The notes beneath the pieces were generated by a model. The model did not search any database and was not told the DNA's origin. It saw nothing but the letters and a program-made list of their open reading frames with translations. Below are positions 17,125 to 22,064 of a stretch of DNA of 22,064 bases, piece by piece. Position numbers and translations under genes: made by a program. The stretch is from an uncultured archaeon (GTDB taxonomy: Archaea > Iainarchaeota > Iainarchaeia > Iainarchaeales > Iainarchaeaceae). The DNA lies in assembly GCA_964577555.1 (NCBI GenBank), contig CAZNZM010000003.1, forward strand, positions 125,015-147,078, read 5' to 3'. The stretch's first letter is position 1, and every line of letters starts with the position of its first letter.

Positions 17125-17865
17125 TTATTTTTTTAAGTATTCAAATGCGTTTTCAAAAATTTTTCTTCCTTCGCCTTCTTCTTTTATTTTTCCGTATTCT
17201 GAATTTGGAGCATTTATTCCGAAAAGATTTCTTTCTGGGTGAGGCATTAATCCAAAGACCCTGCCTGTTTGGTCGCAAATTCCAGCTATTGAATCAGTAG
17301 AGCCGTTTGGGTTTTCTTCGTACTTGAATACTATTTGTTTGTTTTCATATAGTTTTTCCAATGTTTTTTTGTCTTTTGTTATGAATTGTCCTTCTCCGTG
17401 GGCTATTGGAACTTCAAGTGTTTCTATTTCTTTTGTGAAAACGCATTTGCTGTTTTGTCCTTTAAGTTTTACCCATTTACATTGAAAACCTATTGGATCG
17501 TTAAGGGTAAGCGTTGTGAGTTGTTCTGAATATTTTTTTTCAAAGCCTGGAAGTATGCCTGCTTTTACCATTACTTGGAATCCATTGCATATGCCTATTG
17601 CTAGGTTGCCTTCGTTTATAAATTCTGGGATTTGCTGTCCCAATTTGAATATTATTTTGTTGGCAAATACTTTTCCTGATCCTAAATAATCTCCTGCTGC
17701 AAAGCCTCCTGGCAATGCCAAGAGCCTGAAATTTTCGAGGTTTTTTGTTCCTTTAATAAGTTCGTTAATATGGACGTTTTCTATTTCAAATCCTGCGCAT
17801 TTTAATGCAAAGCCTAATTCGTAGTCGCAATTTGTTCCAGCGGCTCGCAAAATCATTGCCTTCAT
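17125..17865 (-). CDS. purQ: Phosphoribosylformylglycinamidine synthase, glutaminase subunit
   Basis: MILRAAGTNCDYELG, LALPGGFAAGDYLGSG, the Cys motif GICNGFQVMVKAGILPG, and GLMPHPERN. The start is taken at 17865, immediately after the purL stop. Confidence 0.94.
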   Translation of the reverse strand: MKAMILRAAGTNCDYELGFALKCAGFEIENVHINELIKGTKNLENFRLLALPGGFAAGDYLGSGKVFANKIIFKLGQQIPEFINEGNLAIGICNGFQVMVKAGILPGFEKKYSEQLTTLTLNDPIGFQCKWVKLKGQNSKCVFTKEIETLEVPIAHGEGQFITKDKKTLEKLYENKQIVFKYEENPNGSTDSIAGICDQTGRVFGLMPHPERNLFGINAPNSEYGKIKEEGEGRKIFENAFEYLKK

Positions 17866-17866
17866 T

Positions 17867-20242
17867 TTACCACCATAAAGTTTTTTTCCATGCTTTTTTA
17901 AGTTCTGCAAGGCTTTCTTCAATCAATTTTTTTTCTTTGAAATTTATTATTAATTTTTTTTGTTTTGTCACTTCTCCTATTTTTGAAAACTCTGCACCTT
18001 CCAAGGCTTTTTCAAATTCTTTTTCTTTTCCTTTCGCGACTTCAACAAGCATTCTTGAATTTGATTCGGAGAAAAGCAAAATGTCTGGTCTTTCTATTTT
18101 TTCTCCTGTAATTATTTTTTCACATTTTATTTTAGCTCCAAATCCTGAACCAAAAGACATTTCAGACAAGGCAACTGCAATCCCGCCTTCAGAACAATCG
18201 TGGCAGGCAGTTATGATTTTTTCATTTGTGTCTTGGCTTGCAATTAATTTACTTAATATTGAATATGTTTTTTTTGCTGACTTGAATCTTACTTTAGGCA
18301 CTTTGCCGGACTTTGTTTTTGTTAGTTTGTAATAATGGCTTCCTCCAAGTTCATCATATGTTTGCCCTAAAATATAAATGCTGTTTCCTTCCCTTTTAAA
18401 TGGCATTGAAATTTTTTTTCTTGAGTCTTCAATTATTCCTATTGCAGAAATTAAGAGTGTGCCTGGTATTGAAATGTTTTTGTCGTTTGCTTTGTATTCA
18501 TTGTATAAGCTGTCTTTTCCTGAAATGAATGGCGTGTTGAATTCGATTGATGCGTCGTGGCATCCTTTGCAAGCTCTTACAAGTTCTCCTAATGTTTCTT
18601 TTTTTTCAGGGTTGCCCCATGAAAAGTTGTCTAGCAATGCGATTTTTTCAAAATCCGCTCCAACGCATATAGCGTTTCTTATTGCTTCATCTATTGTGGA
18701 GCAAGCCATCCAATAAGGATCTATGTCGGTGTAGAAGGGATTTATTCCGTTGGCAATGACAACTCCTTTCCAGCAATCAAGTAATGGTCTGACTATTGCA
18801 GCGTCGCTTGGTGCATCAGATTCTGGCCCAACAAATGGTTTTAGGACTGTTCCGCCTCTGACTTCATGATCATACTTTCTTACTGTTTTTTCTTTGCTGC
18901 AAATGTTTGGCATTGATAAAATGCTTTTTAGAATTTTGCCATAATCTTCTGGTTCTTTTGGTTTTGCTGTTTTTTCTTTTTTTTCAATCCATTCAGCTTC
19001 AAGTTCTTTTTTTGGGTTTCCGTTGTGCAGGAAATCCATGTCCAGTTCTCCTACAAGTTCTTGTTTGTAATAAAGCTCCAATTTTTTTGTGTCTGTAAAT
19101 TCGCCTATGATAGTGGCCTCTGTTCCTTCTATTTCGCATATTTCCTTGATTTTTTGGAAATTATTTTTTGGCACTGCAAGTATCATTCTTTCTTGTGCTT
19201 CTGACAACCATATTTCCCATGGTTGTAGGCCTTCGTATTTTAAAGGCGCTTTTTCTAAATATACTTTTGCACCTGTTTTTGAACCCATTTCGCCAATTGC
19301 TGATGAAAAGCCTCCTGCACCGCAATCGGTTATTGCGGTGTAAAGCTTTAAATCCCTGGCTTTTAGTATTGCTTCAATCATTTTTTTTTCTTCAATAGGA
19401 TTGCCTATTTGGACTACGCTTGAAGAAATTTCTGAAGTGAGTTCGGTTGATGAAAATGTTGCTCCATGAAGCCCGTCTCTTCCTGTCCTTCCGCCTATAA
19501 CAACTATTAGTTCTCCTGGGGATGCTTTTTTTTGTGTCATTTCTTTTGGTATTATGCCAATTGTTCCACAATAAACAAGCGGGTTTCCAAGGTAGCGTGG
19601 CTCGAAAAGTATTGCTCCATTGACTGTGGGTATTCCGAGTTTGTTGCCGTAATCCATTATTCCTGCTCTTACTCCTTTGAATATTCTTTTAGGATGCAAT
19701 ACTCCTTTAGGGATTTTTTGCAATTCAGTGTCGTGGTTGCCAAAACATAGTACATCCGTGCAGGCAAAAGGCCTTGCTCCAAGCCCTGCTCCAAGAACGT
19801 CTCTTATTACTCCTCCAACTCCGGTGTTTGCTCCGCCGAATGGGTCTAATGCGCTTGGATGGTTGTGGGTTTCCACTTTTATAGCAATGTCATAATTTTC
19901 GTTGAATTGTATTATGCCAGCATTGTCTGAAAATACTGATGCTAACCATTTTTTTTCGGATTTGTATGTTGGTTCGCGAATGTATGTTTTGAATAGGCTG
20001 TCTATTTTTTCTTGCTTCCCGTTTTCTTTGTAATTTATCAATGCGTTGAATGTTTTGTGTTTGCAGTGTTCGCTCCAGGTTTGCGCAATTGTTTCAAGTT
20101 CTATGTGGGTTGGTTCGCGCCCTATTTTTTTGTAATATTTTTGTATTTGAAGCATTTCAGTTTGGTTAAGGGATAATAGCATTTTTTTGCTTAATTCTAT
20201 CAATTCTTTTTCATTCATTTTTGAAATCTTGATTTCACTCAT
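17867..20242 (-). CDS. purL: Phosphoribosylformylglycinamidine synthase, synthetase subunit
   Basis: 791 aa with TWSEHCKHKTFNALI, KVETHNHPSALDPFGGANTGVGGVIRDVLG, GRTGRDGLHGATFSS, TDCGAGGFSSAIGEMG and FISGKDSLYNEY. Confidence 0.96.
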   Translation of the reverse strand: MSEIKISKMNEKELIELSKKMLLSLNQTEMLQIQKYYKKIGREPTHIELETIAQTWSEHCKHKTFNALINYKENGKQEKIDSLFKTYIREPTYKSEKKWLASVFSDNAGIIQFNENYDIAIKVETHNHPSALDPFGGANTGVGGVIRDVLGAGLGARPFACTDVLCFGNHDTELQKIPKGVLHPKRIFKGVRAGIMDYGNKLGIPTVNGAILFEPRYLGNPLVYCGTIGIIPKEMTQKKASPGELIVVIGGRTGRDGLHGATFSSTELTSEISSSVVQIGNPIEEKKMIEAILKARDLKLYTAITDCGAGGFSSAIGEMGSKTGAKVYLEKAPLKYEGLQPWEIWLSEAQERMILAVPKNNFQKIKEICEIEGTEATIIGEFTDTKKLELYYKQELVGELDMDFLHNGNPKKELEAEWIEKKEKTAKPKEPEDYGKILKSILSMPNICSKEKTVRKYDHEVRGGTVLKPFVGPESDAPSDAAIVRPLLDCWKGVVIANGINPFYTDIDPYWMACSTIDEAIRNAICVGADFEKIALLDNFSWGNPEKKETLGELVRACKGCHDASIEFNTPFISGKDSLYNEYKANDKNISIPGTLLISAIGIIEDSRKKISMPFKREGNSIYILGQTYDELGGSHYYKLTKTKSGKVPKVRFKSAKKTYSILSKLIASQDTNEKIITACHDCSEGGIAVALSEMSFGSGFGAKIKCEKIITGEKIERPDILLFSESNSRMLVEVAKGKEKEFEKALEGAEFSKIGEVTKQKKLIINFKEKKLIEESLAELKKAWKKTLWW

Positions 20243-20717
20243 TTTTTTCGCCTATTTCATAGGTTTCAATTACTGAATTTGCAAGCAATTCTTTGGTTAT
20301 GCGTTTTATGTCATTTTTTGTTATTTTTCCATAAAAATAGTATTTTTTTCCTGTTCTTATTTTTGCTTCTAATTTTTTTCCCGTAAAATCCTCTATTGCT
20401 TCTGCCATGACTATGCCTAAGTTGTCTGTAACTCCTTCGTGCAGTTTTACTTCCACCCAATAGTTGCTGTCTTTGTAAAAATTTTCGTCTATTGAAAATT
20501 TTTGAATTAAAGGATCAATAATGGCTTTTTCGCAAATTATAGAGAGTGTTTCTTTTTCCAAGTTTGATTCTATGTGGTATGTTTCGCAGAATCTTATTGA
20601 TTCAATTCCTTTTATTAGCAAATCTTCTTCTATGTCGTTTTTTGTTGAAATTCCTACTGCATCAAGCCTTTTTTCGGTAATCGCTGTTTCGATTCTGTGT
20701 TTTTGTTTCACAATCAA
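20235..20717 (-). CDS. purS: PurS-type subunit of FGAM synthase, apparently a tandem duplication (two PurS-like domains)
   Basis: The second half YWVEVKLHEGVTDNLGIVMAEAIEDF...ITKELLANSVIETYEI matches PurS. The first half HRIETAITEKRLDAVGISTKNDIEEDLLIKGIESIRFCETYHIES...KAIIDPLIQKFSI has the same layout. Gene order purS-purL-purQ. Confidence 0.85.
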   Translation of the reverse strand: MIVKQKHRIETAITEKRLDAVGISTKNDIEEDLLIKGIESIRFCETYHIESNLEKETLSIICEKAIIDPLIQKFSIDENFYKDSNYWVEVKLHEGVTDNLGIVMAEAIEDFTGKKLEAKIRTGKKYYFYGKITKNDIKRITKELLANSVIETYEIGEKNE

Positions 20718-20869
20718 AATTAAGACTGAAACTTTTAAATTTCAATTGATGTCATTGGCTACGTTGTTTTATTGTAACTTTGCAAGACTTTTTGGCATAT
20801 TATACTTATTGTTTTTTATTGATTTTTTTTGCAATCGTGCTATTTTTTTGTGAGAGTTGTTGCGGTAAC

Positions 20870-20878
20870 TTTTAAATT
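20870..20878 (+). promoter_or_regulatory. Candidate archaeal TATA box for purF
   Basis: TTTTAAATT about 25-30 nt upstream of the purF ATG (20902), suggesting a leaderless start. Confidence 0.4.
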
Positions 20879-20901
20879 TGTTCTTATAAGTAATCTAGTT
20901 T

Positions 20902-22064
20902 ATGGTTGGCGAGGTAAAGGATGAGTGTGGTGTTGCCGCGGTTTACTTGCCAAAGCCTCTTAAAAATTATCCTTTTGGCGGAGCCGCTTTTTATCTTTAT
21001 AAAATGCTTTTGCAAATGCAGAACAGAGGGCAACTTTCTGCAGGAATAACGACTTATAATTCTAATAGGCAGCAGCTTATTGATACTCATAAAAAAGTAG
21101 GTTCGGTTTCTGAAGTTTTTTCAACGAGAAAGAAGCATGAAGCTGTTTCAATAATGGAGCGTTATGTTGGAGACCGTGGAATAGGGCATACTAGGTATAG
21201 TACTTCTGGTGGTGATGATGATGGTTCTGCCCAGCCTTTTGAAAGGCATCATGGCAGAAAGTGGAAGTGGTTTTCTTTTGCGTTTAATGGCAATATAGCT
21301 AATTTTTCCGAGTTGAAGACCCAGCTTGAAAAAAAGCAGTATCATTTGGTGAGAAATCTTGATACTGAACTTATTTTGCATTTTCTTGAAAAGAACCAGA
21401 TTGGCGAGAAGAAAAAGCCTATTGACCACGTGTTTTCTGATATTTCTTCTATTTTTGATGGCGCTTATAATATTGTTTATATAAATGCCGAAGGTGTTGT
21501 TGCTGCAATGCGGGATCCTTATGGCATAAGGCCTATGTGTTATTCGGTTTCTGATAATTTTGTTGGCGCCGCTTCGGAAACTGTTGCTCTTGAAAATGTT
21601 ACTGACAATCATACGAAAAGTTTGAAGCCTGGGGAAATACTGATTGTGCAGGACAATTCTGTCGAGGTAAAGCGTTATGCTAAAAGTCCAAGGTCGGCTC
21701 ATTGCATGTTTGAATGGGTTTATTTTGCGAATGCCGCTTCGGTTATAGATGGAAAATCTGTTTATCAAGTCAGGTGGAATCTTGGTGTTGAACTTGCAAA
21801 ACAGGAAAAATTGAGTATAAATTCTTCTGAGTGGGTTGTTGCTGCTGTTCCTGATACTGCCAGGCCTGCTGCTGATGCTTATGCCCATGAAATAGGTGTT
21901 CCTGCCATGGAAGCTTTTATAAGAAACAGGTATGTTGGCAGGACTTTTATTGAGAGTACTGATAGGCTTGATAAAGTAAAAGAAAAATTTTATGTTAATA
22001 AGTCGGTTATAAAAGACAAAAAAGTTATTTTGATTGACGATTCAATTGTCAGAGGCAATACTTC
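20902..22064 (+). CDS. purF: Amidophosphoribosyltransferase (3'-truncated by the window edge)
   Basis: My reading of the open frame ATG GTT GGC GAG GTA AAG GAT GAG TGT..., absent from the supplied ORF track because it has no stop. It encodes DECGVAAVY (N-terminal nucleophile Cys after a short propeptide), QNRGQLSAGI, GIGHTRYSTSG, RDPYGIRPM, PRSAHCMFEWVYFA, VPDTARPAA and the PRPP motif VILIDDSIVRGNT. Confidence 0.93.
   Translation, partial: MVGEVKDECGVAAVYLPKPLKNYPFGGAAFYLYKMLLQMQNRGQLSAGITTYNSNRQQLIDTHKKVGSVSEVFSTRKKHEAVSIMERYVGDRGIGHTRYSTSGGDDDGSAQPFERHHGRKWKWFSFAFNGNIANFSELKTQLEKKQYHLVRNLDTELILHFLEKNQIGEKKKPIDHVFSDISSIFDGAYNIVYINAEGVVAAMRDPYGIRPMCYSVSDNFVGAASETVALENVTDNHTKSLKPGEILIVQDNSVEVKRYAKSPRSAHCMFEWVYFANAASVIDGKSVYQVRWNLGVELAKQEKLSINSSEWVVAAVPDTARPAADAYAHEIGVPAMEAFIRNRYVGRTFIESTDRLDKVKEKFYVNKSVIKDKKVILIDDSIVRGNT

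Noticed and set aside
16582-17300. Track ORFs 16582..16950, 16827..17018, 17030..17242 and 17088..17300 as membrane proteins
   Set aside because: The hydrophobicity comes only from TTT/TTG/TTC codons of the T-rich repeats and overlap with the purQ 3' end. No conserved motifs.
17805-18332. 175-aa + strand ORF spanning the purQ/purL junction
   Set aside because: Antisense to conserved purL/purQ coding sequence. Composition explained by the complementary strand.
21148-21888. 246-aa minus-strand ORF near the right edge
   Set aside because: Antisense to the clearly recognisable purF frame on the + strand, which is absent from the track only because it lacks a stop in the window.
1-22064. Mobile element, integrase or transposase, or phage defence island
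   Set aside because: No transposase, integrase, toxin-antitoxin or nuclease motifs and no target-site duplications seen. Content is metabolic and transport genes.
1-22064. tRNA or rRNA genes
   Set aside because: No GGTTCRANNCC-type T-arm with a matching cloverleaf, or rRNA-like conserved sequence, was noticed by eye. A tRNAscan-SE run would be needed for certainty.

Overview
The window reads as a chromosomal segment from a probable DPANN-type or other archaeon. It is dominated by an unusually dense de novo purine biosynthesis cluster split into several short, differently oriented operons. I can support purB-purM (-), purE-purC (-), purA (+), glyA-folD-purN-purH (+), purS-purL-purQ (-) and a 3'-truncated purF (+). 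Other genes are a class I SAM-dependent methyltransferase, a small orphan ORF, a two-gene ABC-2 type exporter whose permease has a large predicted extracytoplasmic coiled-coil insert, and a Yip1-like membrane protein. The least explained feature is a set of long, extremely T-rich intergenic tracts at about 1-297, 6729-7640, 12521-12865 and 16483-17110. All are T-rich on the same (+) strand whatever the flanking gene orientation. They share a dispersed (G/C)(A)AGCC(A/G) module, an exact 58-bp direct repeat pair 300 bp apart, and in one tract an array of about 150-160 bp imperfect units with TTGGCTTG/CAAGCCAA inverted motifs. Second-tier observations are a duplicated PurS, a PurE with a degenerate second domain, and a divergent PurF. 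I do not see a clear new defence or mobile system. No database search was run.
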